From the IMG/VR virus record IMGVR_UViG_3300037422_000298: a stretch of DNA of 64,000 bases; one strand, 5' to 3'. How positions within the stretch are numbered: position 1 is the stretch's first letter; every line of letters begins with the position of its first letter. Positions 1 through 9,290 of the stretch are shown one piece after another. The DNA comes from a virus. Lineage: Duplodnaviria > Caudoviricetes. The notes below the pieces were generated by a model that had not been told where the DNA came from, did not search any database, and saw only the letters and a program-made list of their open reading frames with translations. Both the position numbers and the translations under genes were made by a program.

Positions 1-324
1 GCAAACGGCGCCGCCGTTCTCGAAGTCACGAACATCTTCCGGCTGATCGATGACCAGGCGAGCCAGGATGCGGTCGCGCTCCGCGCGGCGGGACTCGTCG
101 CGGCGGTGGCAGGCAAGGCAACCTCGATCCAGGCGAGCCTTGCGGAGGCGCGACTGCTGGGTGCGCCTCCGCCGCTCGTGTCACCGACGGAGCCTGCACC
201 TGCAACACCCACAACGACGGTGGCAGGTCTCTCGCGTGGTGCGAAGATCGGAATCGGCGTTGCTGCCGCTGGCCTGCTCGCGGTGGGACTGACGCTCGGT
301 ATCAGTGCAGCGCGGCGTCGGTGA
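1..324 (+). CDS. 5'-truncated C-terminally membrane-anchored protein, paralog of 331..1068
   Basis: Frame 1 is open from base 1 (ANGAAVLEVTNIFRL...AGKATSIQASLAEAR) and matches VTNIFRL...AGKVASIQASLAEAN of the next gene; ends in a Pro/Thr linker, hydrophobic helix and RRR. Confidence 0.8.
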   Translation, partial: ANGAAVLEVTNIFRLIDDQASQDAVALRAAGLVAAVAGKATSIQASLAEARLLGAPPPLVSPTEPAPATPTTTVAGLSRGAKIGIGVAAAGLLAVGLTLGISAARRR

Positions 325-330
325 TCGTAC

Positions 331-1068
331 ATGCTGAGCGTGACCATCACGCGTCCTTGGAACGACACGACGCTGGGTAGAGGCAACTGCGGTTCACGCA
401 GCTACCCAAACGTCGGTGACAACACGATCCAAGCGATCACGGCGGCGCTTCAGCAGGGCGGTGCGATCATCACAGGCAACAACCCGTGGGATGTCGATAC
501 GCGTCAGCACGGCGTCAAGTTGCGCGGTACGTGGGACCCTAGTTCTCAAATACTCGTCGTGGAAATCATCGACAGCGCCTTCCTTGCGCCGTGTTCCAGA
601 GTGGTAAGCGCGGTCGACACCCAACTCAGGCAGGTCATTGCGGCCAATCCATCGCCACAGTCTGGCTTGCCGAGCATCACACTCGCCGCTGATCTCGAAT
701 CGCTCGCCAACGAAGTTGCAGAAAAGAGCAATCCATCAGGCGTCTCCGAAGTCAACGTCACCAACATTTTTCGGCTCACGCCGAGCGCCGCTGACCGCAA
801 CGCCATCGCGCTGCGAGCGATAGCAATCGTAAGTGGGGTGTCGGCGGGGAAAGTTGCTTCGATTCAAGCGAGCTTGGCAGAAGCTAACGAGCTGAGTCCC
901 ATAACGACCGACGAGCCTATATTGCCCTCGACGCCAGAAGCCGTCGTTGAACCGACAGCCTCTGGCATGTCGCTTGGCGCCAAGGTTGGTATCGGCGCCG
1001 CGATCGCGGGTGCGTTGGTGCTCACGGCTTTGGTGATTCGCCGCGCTGTTGGTACGATGCGGCCGTGA
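331..1068 (+). CDS. Putative virion membrane protein with C-terminal TM anchor
   Basis: 245 aa; C-terminal GAKVGIGAAIAGALVLTALVIRR; paralog of upstream gene. Confidence 0.75.
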   Translation: MLSVTITRPWNDTTLGRGNCGSRSYPNVGDNTIQAITAALQQGGAIITGNNPWDVDTRQHGVKLRGTWDPSSQILVVEIIDSAFLAPCSRVVSAVDTQLRQVIAANPSPQSGLPSITLAADLESLANEVAEKSNPSGVSEVNVTNIFRLTPSAADRNAIALRAIAIVSGVSAGKVASIQASLAEANELSPITTDEPILPSTPEAVVEPTASGMSLGAKVGIGAAIAGALVLTALVIRRAVGTMRP

Positions 1069-1514
1069 GGCCTACGCTCCGCAGTCCGCCGATTGATGTA
1101 TCTCTCGTCGCGCCGAATCTGTTTGTCGGCGCGCGGCCACCACCAGGGCGTTATCGTTGGGTCGGCGTGATCGTGTTGTGTGCCCGTGAGTATCAACTGC
1201 CGAGCTACGCCTTTCCGGGCGTCACCGTTTTGCACGTACCGCTCGATGATGATTCAACACGCCCGATGCATCACCACGAGATCGTCCTTGCAACGTCAAA
1301 CGCGCGTACAATGGCGCGGTATCTACATGCAGGGCATCGCGTGCTGTCGACGTGCCACATGGGCCTCAATCGCTCCGCGCTCGTGGCAGGACTCGCGATG
1401 CGGCAAGCCTTCGGCATGTCTCCAACAGACGTGATCGAGCAGATCCGTAGTCAGCGTGGACCGCGGGCGCTATCGAATCCACGCTTTCGGCAACTCATTC
1501 ATCGATTCGCGTGA
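1065..1514 (+). CDS. Dual-specificity/tyrosine phosphatase family protein
   Basis: CxxGxxRS active-site loop (TCHMGLNRS), upstream PLDD acid loop, C-terminal IRxxRGPRALSNPRF. Confidence 0.85.
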   Translation: MRPTLRSPPIDVSLVAPNLFVGARPPPGRYRWVGVIVLCAREYQLPSYAFPGVTVLHVPLDDDSTRPMHHHEIVLATSNARTMARYLHAGHRVLSTCHMGLNRSALVAGLAMRQAFGMSPTDVIEQIRSQRGPRALSNPRFRQLIHRFA

Positions 1515-1882
1515 CGTGCGCGGCGGCGGCGTACCGCAAGTGCGAGCTGTTGACGTGCGGCAAGCGCGTGGTGACGGCGCGCCGCGAAACTTCCACGCGA
1601 ACGTGAACGCTTGGAACCTCGCGAGCGTCGCCACTTCGTGCCGCGTCGGCCGCGCTCGAACACCGTGTACGAGATCAAGAACATCGATACCAGTGTCGAG
1701 CTGAGCAACGAAGCTGTGATCAATCGCTTGTCGCGAACGCCTGCGATCGCCAGACCGGGCATGATCAGCGCGGATCGCAGCAGCCAGTGTCCGAGGAACT
1801 TCGGGAAGGCTCCCGGCTCGCCGTCGAGCACGCCGCAGACAGAAGCCGAAGAAGGGGCGGTGGGACAAGTACTCGACGCCAC
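1499..1882 (-). CDS. Small membrane protein with Arg-rich tail
   Basis: Two hydrophobic segments and a basic C-terminus; GTG start lies 6 nt after a TACGTT -10 next to the palindrome at 1898-1915. Confidence 0.7.
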   Translation of the reverse strand: MASSTCPTAPSSASVCGVLDGEPGAFPKFLGHWLLRSALIMPGLAIAGVRDKRLITASLLSSTLVSMFLISYTVFERGRRGTKWRRSRGSKRSRSRGSFAARRHHALAARQQLALAVRRRRARHANR

Positions 1883-1897
1883 GAAGGCAACGTACCA

Positions 1898-1915
1898 CGA
1901 TCGCTCGCGCGATCG
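1898..1915 (-). promoter_or_regulatory. CGATCG-N6-CGATCG palindrome promoter (first of 14 loci)
   Basis: cgatcgctcgcgcgatcg; on the minus strand followed by TGG-TACGTT, 6 nt, GTG. Confidence 0.75.
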
Positions 1916-1921
1916 CCAGGT

Positions 1922-2209
1922 CTAGACGGCAGGCGCAAGAATGAGCACGGTGTCAGGGTCGTCGGAATTCGACATCGGCAGTCGGTACTTCGTGATGAGC
2001 CGCCTGGCCTCGTCGCGCAGTGCTATGTCGTCGATCACACGGTGCCACTTCGGGTTGACCCGCGAGCGCGATATCACGCAAAACGTCACGGGTTCGCCGA
2101 GACGCCATGCCATCGCGAGACCGTCGACCTCGGAGATCCGGAAGTACAGCTGCCGGATCTCCAGAGGGACGACTTGGTTGTGCCGACTCTCGCGGGTCGG
2201 GACGCTCAT
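1922..2209 (-). CDS. Hypothetical protein (MSVPTRESRH...)
   Basis: ATG overlaps the TAA of the 841-aa gene (TAATG coupling). Confidence 0.6.
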   Translation of the reverse strand: MSVPTRESRHNQVVPLEIRQLYFRISEVDGLAMAWRLGEPVTFCVISRSRVNPKWHRVIDDIALRDEARRLITKYRLPMSNSDDPDTVLILAPAV

Positions 2210-4734
2210 TACGAAGCGTCGCCGCCGGTCGGAACGAGCGCACCGCCGGACTCGACAGGATCCGGTTGGTCGGTGTCGACCTCGACTTCTTCGATCAGGA
2301 TACGCACGCATTCCTGACGGAAGTCCGAGGGCGCCTTTGGCAACATCACGTCGATGAAGTCCGCCCAACGTTCTTGTTGGAACAGCACGAACGCGGGGAT
2401 GACGAGCTGGTTCGACACGACATGCTCGACGCCTTGCAGGATCGCATCGATCACCTTGTCGGGTGTCAGCTTGCCTTCAGCGACGCCGCGCCGTAGGCGC
2501 TGCACGCTCTCCAGTGCGATGCCGAACATCTCTTCTTCGGTCGGGCCTGTGTTGTTCGGCGGCGGGGGCGGCTCGACGTACCCTTCGATCGGGCCGGTCT
2601 GTTTGGCTTGTGCTACCGGCTCGGCTGGATCGATCGGACCGGTGCGCTTCGGTTGTGTATTGCCCAGACCTGCAGCCGTGTGACCGTTCGATGGTTGTGC
2701 CGTTGGCTGCTGCGGGTGCGGCTGTGCTGCTGGCTGCTGCGGCTTCGTACTTGCGTTCGCATTCACGACCGGCGGCGGAGGTGCCCACTGACCGCCTTGC
2801 GCACGCGCCTGTGCTTGCGCTTGCGTGTACATCGCTTGCGATCGCAGCTGCGCGTCGGCTTGGATCTTCATCTGGTCGCGTTGCGCTTCGGCGGTCTTGA
2901 CCTTGGCCTCGCTGATCACCGAATCGCGCTTCACCGCGAGGAATCGCTCGGCGACTTCGCTCGCACGACCGATACCCTCTTGGATCAGGCGAACGGCAGG
3001 CGGTTCACCGCCGCCACCGCTCATCTCCATGACGGTCTGCGCGGCGTTCTTGTAGAGGTTGCCGATCTCGCCGACCGACTGGATCATGCTGCGCATCACG
3101 CCGTCGGAGCCTTGCGAGCTGTCCTTCATGATCGCCGCGAGCTGTGCCGGGGCGACCATGAACTGCGCCATGCGTTCGGTGGACTGTTGTTGCATGCGCG
3201 AGATCTCACGCATGTTGTCGGCGTTTGCGCGCGCGGTTTCCTTCATCATGTCGATCACGGGATCGCTCGCATTCCGCGCCGTCATGAGCTGCTCGAATCG
3301 GCGTTCGGTAGCAGCCTGCTGTTCACGCATCTCGCGCTGCAGGGTCTCTTCGCGCCGTTCGCGCTCGTAGCGCTCGCGCTCGCGCTCGCGCTCGTGACGC
3401 TCGTTTTCGATTCGGCGTGCGTCCTCCTGACGCTGACGTTCGAACTCGCGCGCCTGGCGATCTTGCTCCTCGCGGAGTCGCCGGTACTCGTCGGTCTCGC
3501 CGCGCGGCTGTTCGTTCATCCGTACGATCTGATCACGGAGTGCTTGAACTTGCGCGTCGCTTTGCGCGCGCATCTGTGCGAGCTGCTGTTCGGCGATTTG
3601 TCGTTGCAGCGCTGCTTGTTCTGCGGCGGCTTGCTCACGCAGTCGCTGCTGCTCGGCTTGCGCCGCTTCGCGCAGTCGCTGTTGCTCTTCGCGCATGCGA
3701 CGGACTTCTTCATCTTCGCCCTTGCCGCGGCTCTCGCCCATGCGGCGGATCTCTTCCTGCATCGCCTGGAGCTGTTGCGCGTGCTGCTGCTGAAGCTGCT
3801 GTAGTGCTTGCTGTTGCGACGCCTGGATCCGATCGAGCGTCGTCTTGTACTCCAGCTCCTTCTGGTTCAGCTCGGCTTGGCGCAGCTTCTGCTCCAGCTC
3901 ACGCTTCTCGGCTTCGCGCTTCTCGTTCTTCTCGTCGTCTTCGAAGAATCGCGCGTTGCGACGTCGATCGTACTCGTCTTCATACGGCCGCGAACGCGGG
4001 TAGCCGTAGCCCATGCCCTGACCGGGACCTCCGAACGGGCCGCCGAAGTTCGACTGCGGGTAGCCCCACGGACCTTGCGGCATGCCCCACGGACCTTGCG
4101 GTGCGCCCCACGGTCCCATCGGGTTCGCGCCCCACGCGCCTTGCGGGTTCCACATTGGTGGAGCTTGCGGCATTGGCGGCGCCTGTGTCATGAGCGGCGT
4201 CATCGCAGGTGCATTGGGTGCGACTGGCGCAGGCATCACAGGTCCGGTGTGTGGTGGGTTGTTGTAGCCGAGCGCCGTTCCAGTTGGAGGCCAGCCAGTC
4301 TGCTGTTGCAGCCCGAGCGGCTGTGCGCCTGGTGGGATGTTTTGCGGGCCAGCGATAGGCGGAGCTGCCGCGGGCACGTTGGCGCCATACATCGCGGCTT
4401 CGGCTGTGTTGGGTGGGATCTTCTCCGGGTACATCCGCGGGTCCCACACGCCTTGCCACGTCATGCGCTCGCCCTTCGCGTCGGTGACGGTGAACTCGTA
4501 ATAGCCGCCGCCCGACCACTTCGTGAGGATGAAGTTCTCCAGCTGCAGCACTTCATCGCGCGTCCAGCCAGTGCCAGGAGGTGAGAAGCCGGTCTGCTCG
4601 CTGCCCTTCGGCGGAAGCTCGATCGGTTGACGCACGTTGCCGCGCATCTTCTCGACACGCACAGTCAACGGCTCGTGCATGCTCTGCAGCTTGACTTGAT
4701 CGAAACGCTGCTCTTTCTCTTTCTGCGCGGCCAT
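2209..4734 (-). CDS. Large Pro/Gly-rich and Gln/Glu/Arg coiled-coil protein
   Basis: 841-aa ORF with GAGGAG RBS; (A/M)PQGPWG repeats; long heptad-like Q/E/R region; palindrome at 4754-4770 upstream. Confidence 0.85.
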   Translation of the reverse strand: MAAQKEKEQRFDQVKLQSMHEPLTVRVEKMRGNVRQPIELPPKGSEQTGFSPPGTGWTRDEVLQLENFILTKWSGGGYYEFTVTDAKGERMTWQGVWDPRMYPEKIPPNTAEAAMYGANVPAAAPPIAGPQNIPPGAQPLGLQQQTGWPPTGTALGYNNPPHTGPVMPAPVAPNAPAMTPLMTQAPPMPQAPPMWNPQGAWGANPMGPWGAPQGPWGMPQGPWGYPQSNFGGPFGGPGQGMGYGYPRSRPYEDEYDRRRNARFFEDDEKNEKREAEKRELEQKLRQAELNQKELEYKTTLDRIQASQQQALQQLQQQHAQQLQAMQEEIRRMGESRGKGEDEEVRRMREEQQRLREAAQAEQQRLREQAAAEQAALQRQIAEQQLAQMRAQSDAQVQALRDQIVRMNEQPRGETDEYRRLREEQDRQAREFERQRQEDARRIENERHERERERERYERERREETLQREMREQQAATERRFEQLMTARNASDPVIDMMKETARANADNMREISRMQQQSTERMAQFMVAPAQLAAIMKDSSQGSDGVMRSMIQSVGEIGNLYKNAAQTVMEMSGGGGEPPAVRLIQEGIGRASEVAERFLAVKRDSVISEAKVKTAEAQRDQMKIQADAQLRSQAMYTQAQAQARAQGGQWAPPPPVVNANASTKPQQPAAQPHPQQPTAQPSNGHTAAGLGNTQPKRTGPIDPAEPVAQAKQTGPIEGYVEPPPPPNNTGPTEEEMFGIALESVQRLRRGVAEGKLTPDKVIDAILQGVEHVVSNQLVIPAFVLFQQERWADFIDVMLPKAPSDFRQECVRILIEEVEVDTDQPDPVESGGALVPTGGDAS

Positions 4735-4900
4735 GGAGATCTCCTCGACGGGTCGATCGCTCGCGCGATCAACGTTCGATCGCGGATGCGACTGCTATGG
4801 GTGAGTCGAGGCCACTCTAAGGGTGCGATAGATCGTTGTCAACGCAGGTTCAGTCGCGTCTGCGATTGACGTCCCGAGTCGTAGTGTGTACGACGACGAG

Positions 4901-5347
4901 ATGGGGTCCATCATCACTGCGCCCGAGCGTACGTTCACCCGAGCACGACGCTGCGCGAACTGCACCGCCTTCGAATGCGGGACAATGTCGCACCAGAAGT
5001 GGAACGAGCACCGCAAGGCGCGAATCGAGGACTACCTGCGGACGGCGCCGATCGCGCGCCTGGCCGACATGGAGAGCCCGAACTGGTCTCCAGCCGAGAT
5101 GAAGGACGCCCGGCTACAACAGCTCCACCAGATGGATCAGATGATCGCTCACGGGGTCGCTGGTTTGTGTATGAAAGGCGCGCGTCCGAAGTCCGACGGC
5201 GGTCCCGAGGGCGACTTCGTTCATTGCGACTTCTTGTGTAACCGTTGGATCGGTCGCGAAGGGCATTCGGTCGCAACGCAGGGTCACGAGGATAAACTCA
5301 ACGAGGAGTTGCACGAGATCGCCGAAGATCGCGCGAAGAAAGGCTAG
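4901..5347 (+). CDS. Hypothetical Cys-containing protein
   Basis: CxxC and CxxxC motifs; TTGACG-17-TACGAC promoter 6 nt before the ATG (leaderless). Confidence 0.65.
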   Translation: MGSIITAPERTFTRARRCANCTAFECGTMSHQKWNEHRKARIEDYLRTAPIARLADMESPNWSPAEMKDARLQQLHQMDQMIAHGVAGLCMKGARPKSDGGPEGDFVHCDFLCNRWIGREGHSVATQGHEDKLNEELHEIAEDRAKKG

Positions 5348-5356
5348 ACCGCGCAG

Positions 5357-5719
5357 ATGACTACGCTCCTCCTCTACGCCATCACGACCACCGCGCTCTA
5401 CTACCTGTTCGCACGGGCTATGATCACGAAACCGCTGTGGTCTCGGTATCCTCGTTGGCTCGATTACTACACGATGTGCGCAGCCTGTTCGGGCTTCCTA
5501 TACGGGGTCGTAGTCGCTCTTGCGATCGGTTGGACGCAGGATCTACCGTTTCTAGGTCTCGATGGCCGATTTTGGGCCACGCCTGTCCTTGTCGGGCTAG
5601 GTTCGCTTGTGTGGACACCCATTATGGGTGATTTCCACATGCGGGCGCTTCTACAGCTCGGCGTTCCTGACCCGAAGGTAGATACGGTAGATTCGCCTCC
5701 AACCGAGGGTGCATCTTGA
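5357..5719 (+). CDS. Membrane protein, DUF1360-like
   Basis: Three hydrophobic helices with CAAC-S-G-F motif. Confidence 0.55.
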   Translation: MTTLLLYAITTTALYYLFARAMITKPLWSRYPRWLDYYTMCAACSGFLYGVVVALAIGWTQDLPFLGLDGRFWATPVLVGLGSLVWTPIMGDFHMRALLQLGVPDPKVDTVDSPPTEGAS

Positions 5720-6618
5720 CTGCATCGCGACTGAAACACGGCGCAAGCGTGGAAACTCACCCGAACTACCGTGAGTATGTTGCTTGGTTGAGCATGCGAA
5801 GTCGCTGCTACAACCCAAACAACCGTTCTTACTCGAATTACGGCGGTCGCGGTATCGTCGTGTGTGCGACTTGGCGATCTTCTTTTGAGGCGTTCTTTCG
5901 GGACGTCGGAGAAGTTCCGTCGGATGAACATACGCTCGATCGCATCGACAACGACGGCAACTACGAACTCGGTAACGTACGTTGGGCAACTTGGACCGAG
6001 CAGGGCCGTAACCGCCGAACCAACCATCTTGTTACTGCTTTTGGTTGCACGAAGCCCATAACTGCGTGGGCTGAAGAGTTTGGCATCAGCCGCTACGTGA
6101 TCGCTGCGCGACTCATTGCAGGCTGGTCGCCAGAGGATGCCATTTACAAAGCCCGGAGATTCTCCATGCCCAAGCGCCGTGATGCTAACGCTCCCTACTG
6201 GCAACAGCTTCGAGAAGCAGAACGATCGATCATCGTATTTGCGCTCGAACACGGTCAGACCCTTCGAGGAACAGCTGCGCTGTTGGGGATAAGTCCGAAC
6301 TATCTGAGCGAACGTGTCGCCGAACTTGGGATCAGCACGCCGGACGTCCGGCCCGGCCCAAAACCGGGCACCAAACCCAACCGCATCGTACGTCCCGAGC
6401 TACGGGTGGTTCCAGGTGCGGGTACGCCGCCCTCAGCGGTTGCTGAGGACCCGGAGGAAGAAGAGTTGGAGGACAAGGACGACGAAGACGAAGACGAGGA
6501 CGACGAGGGCGACGACGAAGACACCGCACCCGGCGACGAGGACGAAGACGACGACCAAGACGAAGGCGAGGCTGACGATGACGACGACAAAAACGACGCC
6601 CGCGAAACGGGGAACTAG
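5716..6618 (+). CDS. HNH-type homing-endonuclease-like domain fused in frame to a Fis-type HTH with acidic tail
   Basis: WxSMxxRC..YGGRGI.VC..LDRIDNDGNYExGNVRWA; then EAERSIIVFALE..TAALLGIS (HTH_8-like) from an internal ATG at 6166 with GGAG RBS; D/E tract. Confidence 0.75.
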   Translation: MTASRLKHGASVETHPNYREYVAWLSMRSRCYNPNNRSYSNYGGRGIVVCATWRSSFEAFFRDVGEVPSDEHTLDRIDNDGNYELGNVRWATWTEQGRNRRTNHLVTAFGCTKPITAWAEEFGISRYVIAARLIAGWSPEDAIYKARRFSMPKRRDANAPYWQQLREAERSIIVFALEHGQTLRGTAALLGISPNYLSERVAELGISTPDVRPGPKPGTKPNRIVRPELRVVPGAGTPPSAVAEDPEEEELEDKDDEDEDEDDEGDDEDTAPGDEDEDDDQDEGEADDDDDKNDARETGN

Positions 6619-6979
6619 TCGGACGTACCGGCGCAAGCCCAAGCGCCGTCGTCCGATCGCTGGATTGCTCGAACCTGGTCAGGCGCTCATACTTACGATC
6701 GATCCGCCGTTGCGCGATCACGAACAGCCGGTCGCATTCACGCCAAACGCTGGTGACATCTTGCTACGTGACGCGACTCAAGATCGCGTGACTATCGTAA
6801 ACACGACCGATCGCATCGTCGCCTACTTGCTGACAGCCGCGCCCAAGCTACTCGTCAAGGCAGCAACAATTCCGTGGAAACGTGTCGTGACAGACCTACG
6901 GCAAGCAGTTCGTAACAGTGGCCTACTCGAACGTTTTGCGCAGCTGTTCAGCGGCGATCGCGCGATTCCGGGCAAGTAG
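6578..6979 (+). CDS. Hypothetical protein, basic N-terminus
   Basis: ATG at 6578 with GAGG RBS within ORF 6314..6979; start uncertain. Confidence 0.5.
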   Translation: MTTTKTTPAKRGTSRTYRRKPKRRRPIAGLLEPGQALILTIDPPLRDHEQPVAFTPNAGDILLRDATQDRVTIVNTTDRIVAYLLTAAPKLLVKAATIPWKRVVTDLRQAVRNSGLLERFAQLFSGDRAIPGK

Positions 6980-7023
6980 ATCGCGGCAGCGATCAACGAT
7001 CGCGGCAGCGATCGTGGTACGGT
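6979..7023 (+). promoter_or_regulatory. Tandem CGATCG-N6-CGATCG palindromes plus extended -10 for the lysis cassette
   Basis: gatcgcggcagcgatc-aa-cgatcgcggcagcgatcg-TGG-TACGGT, 6 nt, ATG 7030. Confidence 0.75.
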
Positions 7024-7029
7024 CTCGGC

Positions 7030-7323
7030 ATGGGTGCAATCGCAGATCTTTGGAAGAGCGAACGCGGACTGCTCGCGGTTCTGCTTGTCATCGGTGCAAC
7101 GGTCCTGACTGCGCTGAGTCAAATGACGATCCAGCAGTGGCAGGACTACACGCTGTGGATCTTCGGTTTGTACGCAGGTAGCAAGACGGTCACGGGTGCA
7201 GTTGCGCTGTTCAAGGGCGGCACAGCCGAGCCCGAAGCGGCTCCAGCTCCAACTCCGGCTCCGGCTTCAGTTCCAGCTCCGGCTCCAGACCCGACACCGA
7301 CTCCTGCAGAGCCGCCGAAGTGA
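7030..7323 (+). CDS. Putative holin
   Basis: Two TM helices, small size, upstream of endolysin. Confidence 0.6.
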   Translation: MGAIADLWKSERGLLAVLLVIGATVLTALSQMTIQQWQDYTLWIFGLYAGSKTVTGAVALFKGGTAEPEAAPAPTPAPASVPAPAPDPTPTPAEPPK

Positions 7324-7342
7324 AACGTGAAGGGACGTTGAC

Positions 7343-7609
7343 GTGACGCTCGATGCGACAGACGTCTCGCAAATGTTCATGGCGACCAACGACGCGCTGA
7401 AGATGTTGCGCGCGTTGACGGCTGTCGAACCCGACAAGACGCAGGACGCGCTTCAGCTGATCGCGACGATTGTCGATAGTCTTCAAGAAGGCTTCGACGG
7501 CAAGACAACACCCGAGATCGTCGAGGCCGAGCTGAAAGCGCTCACGACGCGCGCTGCCGCACTGATCCCGAATCGGCAGCTTCACGACAAGTTCGATACC
7601 GGCGACTAG
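7343..7609 (+). CDS. Hypothetical protein in lysis cassette
   Basis: Compact ORF between holin-like gene and endolysin. Confidence 0.55.
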   Translation: MTLDATDVSQMFMATNDALKMLRALTAVEPDKTQDALQLIATIVDSLQEGFDGKTTPEIVEAELKALTTRAAALIPNRQLHDKFDTGD

Positions 7610-7617
7610 GAGGTCAC

Positions 7618-8538
7618 GTGCCCACGATTCTCGGAATCGATTACGCGTCGATCGACAACAACGAACCGCCCAACTGGTCGCAGGCCAAGCTGCCATCGAG
7701 TGACGGCTCGATGTTGCAGTTCGTGATCATGCGCGCGACCTACGGCGACTGGATCGACACGGACTACCTTCGGGACTTTCCCGGGATCAAGACGGCCGGA
7801 CTTCTACGCGGCGCGTACATGTACCCGATCTACAAGAACAGCCAAGGCGTCTTGATGACGCCCGAGCTGCTCGTCGAGACGATGCTTCGCGCACTCGCAC
7901 AAGGCGGCTACCAGCGTGGCAAGGATATGCCGCCCGTGATCGACATCGAGTCGGGCGGCTCGCCGGTTGCGTTTGGTGTTTCTGCCGAAGACGCACTCAA
8001 GTGGTACGAGCGCATCTACGAGTTGCTCAAGGCCGAGTTCGGCGTCGCACCGATGATCTACACGAGCGGTCGTGTGTGGCGCGAGGATCTCAAGAACCTC
8101 ATGACCGAGATGACGGACAGCGCGCTGTGGCTCACGAAGCCGTGGCCGTGGGCGCTTCACACGACAGCGCAACGTTCGATCACGCAGGCGTTCTCGTCGG
8201 GCACGTACGATCCGGAAGTGCCGCTACCGTGGGGCGGCGGTAACTGGGTCGTGCAGCAGTACCAAGGCGACTCATGGGGTTGGCCGGGTATCGTTCGGCC
8301 GCCGAATCGCCCTGGTCAAGTCGACTGCAACCGCTTCCACACGATCAAGGAAGGCTATCGAGGACAGCTCGTACGTTGGTACCAACTACGACTCGGCGCT
8401 GGTCTCGTGCCTGACGGCATCTTCGGCCCCAAGACAAAGCAAGCCACGATCAACTTTCAGAAGGCACACGGACTCGTTCCCGACGGGATCATCGGCGTGA
8501 AGACGTTCGTGCCGCTGTCGTGGGTCGTACCCAACTAG
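7618..8538 (+). CDS. Endolysin: GH25 muramidase plus C-terminal PG_binding_1 domain
   Basis: GIDYAS, RGAYMY, PVIDIE (DxE), PMIYTS, QQY; C-terminal DGIFGPKTKQATINFQKAHGLVPDGIIG. Confidence 0.9.
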   Translation: MPTILGIDYASIDNNEPPNWSQAKLPSSDGSMLQFVIMRATYGDWIDTDYLRDFPGIKTAGLLRGAYMYPIYKNSQGVLMTPELLVETMLRALAQGGYQRGKDMPPVIDIESGGSPVAFGVSAEDALKWYERIYELLKAEFGVAPMIYTSGRVWREDLKNLMTEMTDSALWLTKPWPWALHTTAQRSITQAFSSGTYDPEVPLPWGGGNWVVQQYQGDSWGWPGIVRPPNRPGQVDCNRFHTIKEGYRGQLVRWYQLRLGAGLVPDGIFGPKTKQATINFQKAHGLVPDGIIGVKTFVPLSWVVPN

Positions 8539-9146
8539 CCGTACGAACGGTTCGTCGAACCGAGCCAGTGCCGTGCGTAAAGACCCTCTTCGTCGTGCGA
8601 AGCGAAGAAGTAGCTGGGGTGCATCGCGATGCGATGTTTGTCGCGATGGACGACTTCACTGAAACAGGCGGGCCCTGTCAACACCCACGCGATGTTGTAG
8701 AGCGTGTCACGATCTTCGGCGGCGATCGCTGCGGCATCTATCTTCGCCAGCTCGTCGAGCACAGCTTCGAACAACGCGCTTTGCGGCACTGCGCCGAGAA
8801 AACTGTTCATGAGCAACGGCGGATCATGCTCGTTCTCGCGACACGCAAAGTTTTCGGACTGGAGCAAGAAGTCGTCGAACGGTCGCAAGCACTCGCTGTC
8901 CGCATCGACGTAGACACCGCCGAACTGGAACAAGATCTCGTAGCGAAGCACGTCGGCTTGTGCGTGGTAGATCCCGCGGAACGCGTCGAACAGTGTGCGG
9001 TTGCGAAGCGTGATCGTCCGATGCGCGATGTCCGCGTCCGTCCAAATCTTGTACTGCCATGAAGGATGCTTCTCAGGCCACGTCGTCATTGAAGACGGCC
9101 GTGGTCGTGGGCCGATCCAGATCTGATGTAGCGTTCGTGGAATCAC
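8535..9146 (-). CDS. DXD-motif glycosyltransferase (Gly_transf_sug / GT32-like)
   Basis: IPRTLHQIWIG, ADVLRYEIL..GGVYVDADSECLRP, TGP, YARHW. Confidence 0.85.
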   Translation of the reverse strand: MIPRTLHQIWIGPRPRPSSMTTWPEKHPSWQYKIWTDADIAHRTITLRNRTLFDAFRGIYHAQADVLRYEILFQFGGVYVDADSECLRPFDDFLLQSENFACRENEHDPPLLMNSFLGAVPQSALFEAVLDELAKIDAAAIAAEDRDTLYNIAWVLTGPACFSEVVHRDKHRIAMHPSYFFASHDEEGLYARHWLGSTNRSYG

Positions 9147-9168
9147 GGCGCCGGAACCTAGCAATTCG

Positions 9169-9200
9169 CTCTTGACTTGTCACGAGTGCAACGCTAGAAC
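9169..9200 (+). promoter_or_regulatory. Sigma70-type promoter of CTCTTGACTTG class
   Basis: TTGACT(9172-9177)-17 nt-TAGAAC; same 11-mer at 14308 and 16305. Confidence 0.65.
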
Positions 9201-9290
9201 CGCGGTTAGCCTGGATCCATCGGAAGTGTTGCCGATCGATTCACCAACGAAGGCGCAAGGCTCCTTCGTGTCTTTGCAGGAGCGAGTGAC

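Noticed and set aside
2608-4584. Long plus-strand ORFs (2608-3804, 3417-4193, 3808-4584) and similar antisense ORFs across the window
   Set aside because: They are shadows of real genes on the opposite strand in high-GC DNA, with no motifs, RBS or promoter
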